Shown piece after piece: positions 37,854 to 50,425 of a DNA stretch of 64,000 nt. The stretch's first letter is position 1. Every line of letters begins with the position of its first letter. The notes beneath the pieces were generated by a model. It was not told where the DNA came from and did no database searches. It worked only from the letters and a program-made list of their open reading frames with translations. Location of the stretch: the NCBI RefSeq assembly GCF_004010195.1, contig NC_057750.1, positions 8,461,294-8,525,293 on the forward strand. Reading direction: 5' to 3'. Both the position numbers and the translations under genes were made by a program. This DNA comes from Chiloscyllium plagiosum. Taxonomy: Eukaryota.

Positions 37854-38530
37854 TTGCTTGTCCTCGGATGCTGCCTGAATTGCTGTGCTCTTCCAGCACC
37901 ACTAATCCAGAATTTGGTTTCCAGCATCTGCAGTTATTGTTTTTACCTAGGTTTCACTGAAGGCCATATAGGGCATTGGTGAGACCACATCTGGTGTAAT
38001 GAGTACAGTTTCAGATTCCTTATTTAAGACCAGAGAGTGTGCTTCCAGTACAAAGGTAGCACCACCTGCCAATGGTGATAGGTATGGCAGTAAAGTGAAC
38101 ATCTCAGAATTGCATTGACATCTTAGTAAACAACGGTTCTGCTTGCATTTCTTTTGCAGCATTTAAGTGCATTTGGCCCATTTCAACCAATTCCCTTCTG
38201 TAGATTCTAGAAGAATAATTGACGAAAGTTATTTCTGTAATCAGGAGTCAGTTACAACTTTAGTGCAGGAGACAACACTCTCCAACTTCAGTGAATAAGG
38301 GCCTCACTGCAGGGTTCTTTTATCCATTTATTTGATATAGGTGTCACTGGCTGGGTCAGTTTTATTGCCCATCCTAATTGCCCCATGAGAAGGTGGTGGT
38401 GAGTTGCCATCTTGAGCTGTAGCAGTCCAAGTGGTATAGGAACACCCACAGTGCTGTCAGGGAAGGAGTTTCGGAGGATTTTGATCGAGTGACACTGGAG
38501 CTGTGTTTGTGCATGTGCATGGTTTTGTAA

Positions 38531-38823
38531 ATTAGATTAGATTACCTACAGTGTGGAAACAGGCCCTTTGGCCCAACAAGTCCACACCGACCCTGCGTAG
38601 AGTGACCCACCCAGACCCATTTGCCTCTGACTAACGCACCTAACACGATGGACAATTTAGCATGGCCAATTCACCTGCACATCTTTGGAGTATCCAGAGG
38701 AAACCCATGCAGACACGGGAGAATATGCAAACGCCGCACAGATAGTTATGCAAGGCTGGAATCGAACCCAGGTCCCTGGCGATGTGAGGCAGTGGTGCTA
38801 ACCACTGTGCCACCATGCCACCC
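38531..38823 (-). mobile_element. HE1-type V-SINE
   Basis: (ATTAG)n tail at the left end, tRNA head at the right end. Confidence 0.88.
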
Positions 38824-38984
38824 CAATTCTTCTTGTGGTGGTGTTGACAATAAGTATAGCCATTTCTGAAAAGTGGTAATTCCATGGGCAGGGTCGCTCT
38901 TGAGGCACACTGTTATTATCCCTACCTCTGGGACAGAGGTCTGGGTTCAAGTTCCATCTGCCTCAAGTATGGCATGTTATTTTA

Positions 38985-39340
38985 ATCAATTTACTTTGTA
39001 TTATTATAATTATGTATTGTATATATTATATACAATACATAATGTATGATATATATTGCATGTTCATTAGTGTAATTGCATAAATAAAATATATAATTAT
39101 GTAATTGTACATTATTTAATGTGTACATAATGTAATGCATAATTATTGTTACATTAGTATAACATAAAATGGTTAAAATAGCTAGAATAACATGCTGTGT
39201 CTTGGGCCTACTAAATATACATATGTATGTAATGTATAGTGTATATTAAGTAGATTAATGTTATATTTATATTAGAATAATGTAAATTATACTATAATTT
39301 AATGTAATATAAATTGATTAAAATATCTATAGTTTTATTA
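38985..39340. repeat. AT-rich low-complexity tract
   Basis: TA/ATA/TAAT runs. Confidence 0.8.
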
Positions 39341-42300
39341 AAAGCTGTGGTATAATTCGAGGAGAGCCTCACAAGGAAGAAGAAAGTCATGGAGGGATAT
39401 GGAGTTGATGCAGATTTCTTAAGTCAAAGTGTTGCTAGCTTAGGAGACGATGTAGTCCAATGAGCACTGTTCTGCTGGGCAACTGGGACTTGGTACAAGT
39501 CAGGACAAGGGCTGTGTGATTTTGAATGACGTAATGTTATTGGAGTTTGGAAGATGGGGATTCAAACTGGAGGGCATTTGAGTAGTCTAGTCTAGTCTAG
39601 AAACACAGAAAATGGGAAATTGTGTAGGCTATTTAGCCTTTCAAATCTCCTCAATCATTCAATATGATCATGCCACACCCTGTTCTCACTTTCTCCCTTT
39701 AGCCCCAAGTGCTATATCCAACTCCTTCTCAAAAACATTCTATGGATTGATTGTCTGTGGCAGACAATTCTGCAGGCTCACCACTCTCTGGGTTCTCCTC
39801 ATCTCAGTCCTAAATGGCCTACCCCATATCCTTAGACTGTGACCCCTGGTTCTGGACTCCTCAGTCATCAAGAATATTCTTCCTGTGTTTACTCTGTCTA
39901 GTCCTGTAAGCATTTTATGGGTGTCTATGACATCTCCGCCTCATTTTTCTGAAGTCTGATAAATGTTGTCTAAAATGACCTACCCTCTCTTATGTTAGTT
40001 CTGCCATCTCAGTAATCAGTCTGGTAGATGCTGTTAGGGAGGGAGTTCCAGGATTTTGACGTAGCAACACTGAAGGAATGGTGATATAATTCCAAGTCAG
40101 GATGGTGTGTGGCTCAGAGGGGAACTTGCAGGAAGTGGTGTTCCCCTGTATCTGCTGCCTTTTTCCTTCTGGGGAGGTGATGGTCACAGGTTTGGAATGT
40201 GCTGTTGCTGCAATGCATCATGATACATGTTGCTTTTACAACATTCCTGGTGGAGGGAATGTGACTGAAGATGATGGACATGACATCAGTGAAGTTTGAC
40301 TGCCTCATTCTGGATGATATTGAGCTTCTTGAGTATTGTTGGAGCTGTACTATTCCACAGAACTGGAGAGTATTTCACTCCTTTGTGGCTTGTAGGTGGT
40401 GGACAGGCTTTGGGGAGTCAAGAGGTAAGTTACTCACTGCAGGAGTCGTAGCCTCTGTCTTGCTCTTGTAGTCACTGTGTTTATATGGCCTGCCCACTCC
40501 TGTTTCTGGTCAGTGATAACACCCAGGATGTTGATAGTGGGGAGCAATGGCAATGCCATTGAAGGTCAAAGGAAGAAGGTTAAATTCTCTCTTGCTGGAG
40601 ATGGTGTTTCCCTGGCATTTGAGTGGCTAGCACTTAACACTTAAAGGTTGCGAAGACACAGAAAAAGGCCTTTAAGCCCATCAATTTGAAGCCGGTCTTG
40701 ACTCTCATTTGGTGGAAATTGCTGCAATGGATGAAAGTGGGGGCGTGGACAGATGTGGATTGTCATTGGGCCAGAGGGTATAAACTAAAGTAGGCAGCAG
40801 CCCTGGCACCTTGTCATGCAGCACATTGTATGTTTAATTACCAAAGCCTCCGACAGCTGCCAGATTTTGAGGCGGCAAGCTCAATTATATCTAGTTCTCT
40901 TGTCATGTTGACTGGCAGTTCTGAAAATAAAGCAATGCAGTAACCTTTAGATGACTGTCAGTAATTAGAGAAAATTAGGAACAGATTTATTTGCAAAGTT
41001 GTTATTTTAAAATGCGGATTATTTTGGGAAACACTTCAGAATCTAACCGAGTACAGCTTTACAGGACGTGACAATCATCTTGCCTTTCAGTGGGGCAACT
41101 AGATCTGCACAGGGTCGGTCACCATGTCAGGAAGAGGAAATAGTACAATGGAGAAGGTGCAGTAAAGATTTCCCAGGGATAGTGCCAGAACAGAGAAGTG
41201 ATAGCCACCAGGGAATACTAAACAAACTGGTGCACGTTTCTCTGGAAAGGTGTAGTTGAGCACGGCCTTGACAATGAAGTCGTTTGATCAGCAATGTGAT
41301 GCCTCTACTTCTGGCAGATATCAAAACCAGAAGCAACAAATCTAAAATAGTCGCAGCTAAATCCAAGAGGCAATTCAGGAGAAACCTCTTTATCCGAGAA
41401 GCAGTGGGAAGTCGGAATTCCCTACCACATGAAGTGCTTGAGGTTAGTAGCAAGGTTGCATTCGTGGGCAAACTGGAGAAACATATAAGGGAGAAAGGAA
41501 TAGAAGGGTGTGCAGATAGGGTGAAATGAAAAGAGCTGGGTTGAGGTAGTTGGGCTGGATGAATTGTGTCTGGAGCAGCTCTCCAGACAAAGAGATAGCA
41601 AAGAAGGAAATTCCTCAGAGGAAATGGAAGTCATTTCCAAAGAGTCGAAGTTTTATAATGCAAGGTAATGTGGTGGTGTAGTGGTAATAACACTGGGCTA
41701 GCAATCTAAAGGCCCAAGTTAATGATGTGGAGACAAGGGGTCAAATCCCACAACAGGTGCTGAAACTTAATTCAGTTAAAAAGTCTGGAATTGAAAGATG
41801 GTCTTGGTTTTTGTAAAATTCCTTCTGCTTCACAAATTTAGGGAAGGAAATCTGCCATCCTTACCCAGTCTGACCGATATATGACTCTAGACCCTCAGTG
41901 ACATAGTTGACTCTTAAATGCCCTTTGAAATGGCCTAAGCAAATCACTCACTTTCAGAGGCAATTAGGAATGGAAAACAAATGCTGATGAAACCAGAATT
42001 CCATGAAAAATAAATATTAAAAATGATAGGGTGGAGTGAGATTGACTGGGGTGGACAGGGATATGTGGAACCGGGGCTAGGAGAGCTGACGGGTTTGAGG
42101 AGTCTTCAGTTGCTTTGGTTGAAGCTTTGCTTCAGTTGAATGACTTAAGATGCATTGGTTTGAAAACACCCTTCAATTAGTGAACTTAGTTGTGACAACA
42201 CTGGCTAGTCCTCACTCTGGGACTTTTTTTTAGCATGAAAACCTTTACAGTAACAGGCTCGACACAGTAAACAACCTTCTTGGTTCTGAATCATACAAGC

Positions 42301-42699
42301 TAGGAGCATGAGTAGGCCATTCAGCCCCTTTAGCTAATTCTGCTATTTGTTAAGGTTGTGGCAGTTTGTGACCTTGACTCCACTTACTTGCCTTCTCCCT
42401 CTAGACTTGTTGGTCAAAACTCCATGTGCAACAGCTTTGACATATTGACTGGCCTCACGTCAACTGATCTCAGGATGGGATATCCACAGTCTCATGGCAC
42501 TTTGAAAGGAACCATTTCCCTCATCTCCATCTCAAAAGAAAGCTCTTCATTGTTAAACTCTTCCAGTCTCTCCCAGGAGGGAAAATATCCTTTCAGCCTT
42601 GTCAAGACCCCTCAGGATCTTACGTGTTTCAATGAGATTACCTCTTATTCTTCTGAACTCTAGTGGTTACAAAGCTGAGGAATCAACCCCTGTAAAGTC

Positions 42700-43045
42700 T
42701 AGGTTGACACTCCAGTGTTGTTCTGAGGGAGTGCTGCATTGTCAAAGATGCCGGTTTCTGGATAAGACATTAAACCGAGATCCCATTTGCCCTCTCTGGT
42801 GGATGTTAAGTACTGAATGAAGCCTTTTTATGAAGAGCAGGGTAGTTTCTCACTGGATAATGTTTACTTTTGGTCATCAATGAATGGGTCATCTGGTCAC
42901 TATTATATTGCTCCTTATGCGAGCTTGCTGTACATTAATTGTCTGCATGCTTCCTGCACTGGACCATCGACAACACTTCAGAAAGTACTTTGATGGTTGC
43001 AGAGCACTTTGGGGTTTTTTGAGGTTGCATATAGTGCTATAAAAA
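42700..43045 (+). mobile_element. DeuSINE-type SINE (SacSINE1/AmnSINE1-like central domain)
   Basis: TGAGGGAGTGCTGCATTGTC...GATAAGACATTAAACCGAG...GGTGGATGT...GAAGAGCAGGG resembles the Deu domain as I recall it. A second decayed copy lies at about 57505-57795. Confidence 0.65.
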
Positions 43046-46000
43046 TTTCTGTGTTTGAAGCAACTTACTCAGTTAGAAAAAAAGTTGAAATTATATCTCT
43101 TTTCATCCACATACTGAATCAGAAAATTGTCTTGTACACACTGAACAAATTCCTTTCCATCTAAACCCTTAACAGTATGACAGTACCAGTCTATGTTTGG
43201 AAAGTTAAAATCCCCTACCATAACCACCCTATTATTCTTACAAATAATTGAAATCTCCTGACAAACTTGTTTCTTAATTTCCTGCTGACTATTAGGGGGT
43301 CTATAATACAATCCCAGTAAGGTGATTATCCCTTTCTTATTCCTCAGTTCCACCCAAATAACTTCCCTGGATGTATTCCCTAAGTATTTCAGTAATGCTA
43401 TCCCTTATCAAAAATGCCCCCCCCCCACTGCCGATCCTTGATATAGCATCTGTATCTTGAACCATTAAGTTGCCAGTCCTGTCCATCCCTAAGCCATGTT
43501 TCTGTAATTGCTATGATATCCCAGTCCCTTGCTCCTAACCATGCCCTGAGTTTGTCTGTCTCCCCTGTTCGGCCTCTTGCATTGAAGTATATGCAGTTTA
43601 ATTTATCAGTCCTACTTTGTTGTCTGCATTGTCCATGCCTGACCTGGCATTTTTTTTGTAAATATATTTATTGGCAATTTTTTTTAACTTTACAAACACA
43701 TAAAATTATTGAAAAAAACAATAACAAATATCAGTATAATAAAAAGAAAAAAAACACAAATTACAATACAACTACTATCTATTAACTACTAACCTACCCT
43801 ATAATACAAAGCAAACCCTAACACTGTGCAAAACAGCATCAGAAAAAAAAAAGAAAGAAAAGCAAAAAAAACCAACAAGAACACAAAATAGAGAACAGCT
43901 ATGCTCGGCGCAAAACTCCCAAACAAAGGAACTGGAGCATTGTATTATATACCTGTATTAACTCAGGAGACCCCCTCCAGAGCTCAGGGCTTGACGAATC
44001 TAACCATCCTGGTTAACAAACGCCCTAGTTAAGATAACTGACAAATCTATATCCAAATAACTCAAGTAGGGCTGCCATGTCTTATAAAAATTGTCTGTTG
44101 TGTGGTGCACCATGTTTGTAAAAAACATCCAAGGGAATGTGCTCCATAATTAATTTCTGCCATCCCAGAAAGCCCGGTGGGTTCTCAGTCACCCAATTCA
44201 TCAGAATATTCTTCCATGCACAGAATATTAAATAGTTTCTTCCCATGTCCATATAAAGATGGTAAATTCGGTGGATCTAAGAGGAGAGATATCGGGTCTA
44301 CTTTGACTTCAGTCCTCAATACCCTCCCTATCTCTCCCGCCACAGCGCTCCAATAAACATGGAGCCTGTGGCATGGCCAGAAGCCTTATTTTACATTTGG
44401 GACACACTGAAGATGCCCCTTTTTTAAACTTCGCCAAAGGGTCTGGTGCCAGATGAGCCCTGTGCAGAACTTTTAAATGCGTAGCGCATGTCCTGTTACA
44501 GATTGAGATCTTTCGAGTATTCTTCCATGTTTTCTCCCATGTTTCAGAAGAGATCTCCACTCCCAGTTCTTGTTCCCAGACCTCACATAACCGGTTAATA
44601 TCCTGCCAGGTCCTGCCACCCACTAACCGAAAGAGTGCTTGTGGAATGTAGCAACAACCTCTCTGTATCAGGCTTATAGAGCTTAGTGAGAAGCGTAGTC
44701 TTCTGGATGAAATCTCTAACCTGAAAAAAACGGAAAAGATCTTTGCTGGGCAACCCATATTTGCTCAGTTGCTCAAAAGACATCATAAGCTCCCCGTCAA
44801 ACAAGTCTCCCAAACTAGAAACTCCTCTCGCTGCCCATAGTTTGAACCATCCCTGGTCGGAACCCTGGCATGCCAACTGTAAGTGTAAGTGGCGAAGTTT
44901 TGGATAAACAACTCTCACTCTTACGCATCACCCTCCATGCCTTGACTGTACTAATGATAATGGGGTTCCGGCAATGGTCCATAACTGTCCTCATCTTATC
45001 CATGAACTACAGGTTAATAAGAGGGCACTTTGCCTGGGAGGCCTCAATATCCAGCCATATTGAGTTTGGATCGTTACCTACCCAATTGCAGACAAAGAAC
45101 AGCAGGGAACTCAATTGTACCTCCTGATGTCTCGGAAATCAACTCCTCCCCCTCCATGAGGCAACTGCAATTTAGTAAGTTTGATGAGGGGCCGCCCAGG
45201 GGCCGCCCACGATGCCAGACAAAGGAACCAAACCACCCCATAAGCTTCCGCAGTGTTGACCTAGGAAACATTAAAGGGAGCATACGCATGGGATAAAGCA
45301 AACAAGGAAGAACATTCATCTTAATGAGAAATATTCGGCCCAGCCATGAAATTGGAAGAGCCTCCCATCTCTGGAGATCTCGCCTAATATTGTCAAGCAA
45401 GTGAGCAAAGTTAGTCCGAAATAACAGGTCAAACTTGGGGGTAATAAAAATGCCTAGGTATTGGAACCCTGCCCGTGACCACTTAAAAGGGAACTTAGGG
45501 CCACCTTCAACTTCTGGTACATCCTTAAGGTTCCGATTTTGCAAAGATAATCTTATATCCTGAAATAGCCCCAAAGGAATTGATACGTTGTATCAAATGG
45601 GGTACGGAGGTCATCGGATTCGGTAAAAACAGAAGGACATCATCCGCATACAGTGTAATCTTGTGTGCCCTCGATCCCACTTCTGGAGCGGTTATGTGGG
45701 CGTTCTGATGAATGGCCTCTGCCAGCGGCTCTATCACCAATGTAAACAACAGCGATGAGAGGGGGCAGCCTTGCTGACTACCCTACCAATCCTAAAATTC
45801 CCAGACTTCACCCCATTGGTGATGACCATGGCCAAAGGGTGGCGATATAAAACTTCTACCCACCTAGCAAAGACTCCACCCAACCCAAACTGTTCTAAGA
45901 TATAAAAAAGATATGGCCATTCCACCCTGTCAAATGCTTTCTCTGCATCTAAGGAAATCAACAACCCCAAAGCGATCATTGCTGACAAACTTGGACCATG

Positions 46001-48996
46001 TTCAGCAACCTTTTAATATTATTGGAGGACCTACGGCCCCTTATAAAGCCTGTCTGGTCCTCTTTAATAATGTGGGGCAACACCCTTTCCAATCTCAGCG
46101 CCAGGATCTTGGACAGAATCTTGAAATCTGAATTTAATAGATAGATGGGCCTGTATGAGGCACAATCCTCAGGAACCTTCCCCTCCTTAAGAATTAGGGA
46201 AATATTAGCTTCTCTCATAGATGGTGGTAAGCATTCATGCATGTAGGAGTGATTGTACATCCCCAACATCGGCCCTGACAAAATCCCTATAAACTCCTGA
46301 TAAAACTCACCCGGAAAACCATCAGGGCCAGGTGCTTTTCCACTCTGAGGTTGCCTAGCTGCCTCCTGTATTTCCTGAACTGTCAAGGGGGCATTAAGGA
46401 GAGAGGCTCTTCCAAGGTTACCCCTGGGAGGTCCAGGTTCGTAAAAAAGGTCTCCATTTTAGCCTTCCTGTCCTTGCAACCTTCAGACCAATACAATTCG
46501 CAGTAAAAGCTCTGAAAAGCCTCATTAATCTTTTTAGCATTGTACATAAGGACCCCGTCACTGTCTCTGATTGCAGTAATGGATTGGGGAGCATGCTTTT
46601 TCCTAGTCAAGTACGCTAAATACTTCCCTGGCCTAACCCCGTATTCGAACAGCCTTTGTCTAGCAAAAGCAAGTTCTTTCTTTGGTTTTTGTGTCAGTAT
46701 TGAATTCAAGGCAGCCCGGAGGGCCGTAATCCACTGTAGCTTAGTCACCGAAGGCCATGCAAAATGTGCTGCCTCGGCAGCTTTCAACCGTGTCTCAAGT
46801 AGACGCTGCTGTTCCTCCTTCTGTCGTTTATGGCTTGCCGAATAGGAAATAGCTAATCCCCTAGCAAAGGCCTTAGCAGTCTCCCATAGCATAGATGGAC
46901 TACTAGCCGTGCCTGAGTTGATAGTCAAGAACTTCTGAAAATCCTTCAAAAAGTATTCCACAGATTTGGAATCCTTAAGGAGAAAAGAGTCCAAATGCCA
47001 GTGCCACAAACCTAGCTCTTCACTCTTGGTCTTAATCTCCAAATACACTGCTGCATGGTCAGAGATAGCTATATTCCAAACTTTACAACCCATAATCGAA
47101 TCCAGAAGGGCCGAGGAAGCCAGAAAGAGGTCAATCCTCGTGTGACATTTATGTGGGTTTGAAAAAAAGGTGAAGTCCCTACCGGTAGGGTGAAGACATC
47201 TTCAAATATCCACCAGCCCCAACTCCTCACATAAATCAACCACCTGCTTGGCCTGTGAAGAAATAGTTGGGGGCCCACAAGGCATTCTATCCAATGTCGG
47301 ATCCAAAAGACAATTAAAATCCCCCCCTATAATAATGTGTTGTGTTCCAAAAGCACTCAACTTAGAGAAAGCTCTAATCAAAAACTTGAGGGGATGTGTC
47401 GGAGTACAGTAGACATTTAACATGCCATATTCCTCCCCATGTATCAGGGCTTTAAGTATCACAAACCATCCCTGCTCATCTTTCACCTGCTCTAATGATG
47501 TGAACGGAAGATTTTTCTGGATAAGTACCGCCACTCCCCTACTTTTAGTAGTAAAAGAATACCCGGCGATGATCCCCCGTTGTAATTTCGGGTGTTCCCC
47601 ATCATCAAGATGAGTTTCCTGCAACAAAGCGATATCAACTCTTTCCCTCTTAAGGCTAGAAAGCACGTTTTTCCTTTTAACAGGCGAATGACTTCCCTTA
47701 ATGTTTCAGGTGCACCATTTAATAAGACACTTAGCCATATCCCCTTTCAGAGACCCTTGAACCCCTGGGAGGGAGAACCCTGCTTACAAAGTGCCGTGCA
47801 TAAGTAAATAAAGACTCATAGAGTCGAAGAACTATATATACAAAAACTACTCTATCATAACTATAACCAACTATTACTACCAAAAATCTACAAAAAAACC
47901 CAACTATAAAACCTTGAATGGAAGACTCTTCCCCCTGCCCATAGGGGGCACTCACCCTACCCATCCCCTCCTTCACAGCTCCTTCAAACCCGGACTGTGC
48001 CCCAGCCTTAGGCCAGAAAACAAAACAAGGAGATGATACTTAAATCAACAGAAAAAAGACCAAGTCCGGATGAGCACTCCACTCATCCCTGGCTTCATGT
48101 CACCCTGACTTATGACTAAAAGAGAAACAGAACAAACAAAACAAAGGGGAGAGACAACAAAGAACATCCACAAAATTTCCCATCAGAAAATCCAGCTATT
48201 AAAAAAATGGGAACACCTTATTCCAAGGTCTTTTCCCCCCTTTCCAAAAAGGAAATTATGAGGGAGAAAGAAAGAAATTTTTAAAAAAAGGAAGGGAAAA
48301 CATGGGGAAAGATAGATAAGAGAACAAACATTAACCGTATTCTTCAGGCCAATCTGTTCTATTTTAAAGTGTCTACAAAGTTTTTAGCTTTATCCGCTGA
48401 GTCAAATTTATAAACTGAGTCCTCATGGCTGAAATGGAGCACTGCAGGGTAACGCATGGAGTACTGCATGCCCAGGTTCCTCAGCCTCTTTTTAACTTCG
48501 TTGAAGGACTTTCTCTTTCGAATTACAGCTGCAGAGAAATCCTGGAAAAACATGATTTTTGACCCCTTGTACAGCAGTGCCTACGGATCTTATCCCAGGG
48601 ATCTGGAAGCTTCTGTGACTTTTTGCTTGTCCTTCTATGAGTGGAAGTGCACCAGGACCGGGCAGGGATGCTGCACCGGCCCTGACCTGAGTACTGTAAC
48701 CTGATAAACCCTTTCAATCTGAAGCCTGCTGGACTCGATGTGAAGGCCCAAAAACTTCGGCAGCCAGCTTTCAAAGAAGCTCACTGGCTGCTCACCTTCA
48801 GGGGGTCCGACAATTTGGAGATTATCTCCGACCTCGATTTTCGAGTTTGTCAATATGATCTCGCAAGTCCCGCACCAGCACCTGGATTCGACTGGATGAG
48901 AACTCCATTGCAGCTTCTAAGGCCTCAGTTCGATCCTCCACCACATCCAGCCGCTTCCTGAGGCCCTGGATCTCTTGCTCATGCTTCTGCAGCATG

Positions 48997-49312
48997 ATTT
49001 AGATTTAGATTAGATTACAGTGTGGAAACAGGCCCTTCAGCCCAACAAGTCCACACCGACCCGCTGAAGCGCAACCCACCCATACCCCTACATTTACCCC
49101 TTACCTAACACTACAGGCAATTTAGTATGGCCAATTCACCTGACCCTGCACATCTTTGGATGGTGGGAGGAAACTGGAGCACCCGGAGGAAACCCACGCA
49201 GACACGGGGAGAACGTGCAAACTCCACACAGTCAGTCGCCTGAGGCGGGAATTGAACCCGGGTCTCTGGCGCTGTGAGGCAGCAGTGCTAACCACTGTGC
49301 CACCGTGCCGCC
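48997..49312 (-). mobile_element. HE1-type V-SINE, full length, inserted in L1 ORF1
   Basis: Intact head GGCGGCACGGTGGCACAGTGG and (AATCT)n tail. Confidence 0.92.
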
Positions 49313-49315
49313 TAC

Positions 49316-49480
49316 GAACCCCTGGGAGGGAGAACCCTGCTTACAAAGTGCTGTGCATAAGTAAATAAAGACTCATAGAGTCGAAGAACTATATATACAA
49401 AACTACTCTATCATAACTATAACCAACTATTACTACCAAAAATCAACAAAAAAACCCAACTATAAAACCTTGAATGGAAG
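49316..49480. repeat. 165-bp direct duplicate of the L1 inter-ORF segment 47759-47924
   Basis: Near-identical, with about 3 differences by eye. Confidence 0.93.
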
Positions 49481-50425
49481 CGATAGGTTGGACCTGGGCA
49501 CGAATCTCCCCATGCATCTCCTCAGTTGCAGCCCCAACTTTCAAGGTAAGTGTCTCCATCGCTGCAGCCAATTCCTGTGAGTCTGTCAGGTCCCCAAGTG
49601 GGTCAGGAGAGGCTGCTGCTGCTGCGGTCTCTGGTGTTGTAGGTGCTGCAGGGGAGTGTCCTCCCTGCTGCTGTTTGCTTGTTCTTTTTCCCTTTGGCAT
49701 CCTTCCCACTCCCAAATATTAACAAATATGTGTTCTGTAAAGTTTTAAACTAATAATTCCACCACATAAGTTGGCCAGGGATGGCAAAACATACCAGTAT
49801 GCCTTGGCTGTTAGGCAGAGCTGTCCATAGTACTTCTACAGAATCGCCGCCAGCTTGCCGAGTCTGCCCTGGCTCTTTGACTGGCTCCTTTTTCTAACTG
49901 TACCAGTCTCAGCTTGATCTCTTTCTTCACTATTTCCCAGGGTCTCGCCCTCTCCCACCCTCCCTCACCTTACTAGTTTGAATCGTCCTGAGCAACTCTA
50001 GCAAATCTCCTGCCAGTATATTAGTCCCCTTCCAATTCAGGTGCAATCTGTCCTCCTTGTACAGGTCACAGCTACTCCAGAAGAGATTCCAATGATCCAA
50101 AAACCCTTCTCCCCTGCACCAGCTCCTCAGCCATTTATTCATCTGCTCTATCCTCCTATTCCTACCCTCACTAGCCCATAGCAGTGGGAGTAATCCAGAT
50201 ATTACTACCTTCAAGGACCTCCTTTTTAAATTCCTGCCTAACTTTCTATATTTCCGCCCACACCGGTTCCTCCGAGGTCAGCCGTGAATTTCACAGTTTG
50301 TTAATTTTTCCTAGATGCACTCCAATGTCCAGAAATACATAAACTCAAACAGCAAAGACAGTAACTGTGCAGATGCACTATTGTGTCAGTTAGCGGTATA
50401 GATTTATTGAGGGAGAGAGAGAAAG

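Larger units (their letters stand above)
36759..37948 (+). mobile_element. Penelope-like retroelement (RT thumb region to terminal repeat), spanning an assembly gap
   Basis: FINFTNTFHPDLKFT...LPFLDL...FYKPTDSHSYLDYTSSHP is PLE RT. Hammerhead-bearing terminus after the gap. 13-bp TSD AGGTTTCACTGAA at 36727-36739 and 37949-37961. Confidence 0.88.
43649..49861 (-). mobile_element. Full-length decayed L1-clade LINE (ORF1 about 49700-48359; ORF2 about 47738-44000)
   Basis: ORF1 C-terminus FFQDFS...MRYPA. ORF2 motifs LQETHL, GGDFN, ISDH, KAPGPDG, YRPIYLLN, LDAEKAFDRV and YADD. AATAAA (43667-43672, minus strand) plus a short poly(A). Degenerate 12-bp TSD GCCTGACCTGGC / GTCTGCCCTGGC. Confidence 0.93.
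43104..50405 (-). mobile_element. CR1/HER1 5' portion split into 43104-43648 and 49862-50405 by the L1; internal ORF1 deletion near 50255
   Basis: The two parts rejoin to the sequence of the + copy at 51780-51890. APE peptide ELRNKKG...YRPPNS...GDFNFPNIDW. Confidence 0.88.

Noticed and set aside
36590..37982. Long 250-411 aa ORFs
   Set aside because: Inflated by the N gap. The real part is a PLE RT fragment.
49240..49312. tRNA genes (here and at about 6950, 17900, 38760 and 52190)
   Set aside because: These are tRNA-derived SINE heads continuous with the V-domain and tail.
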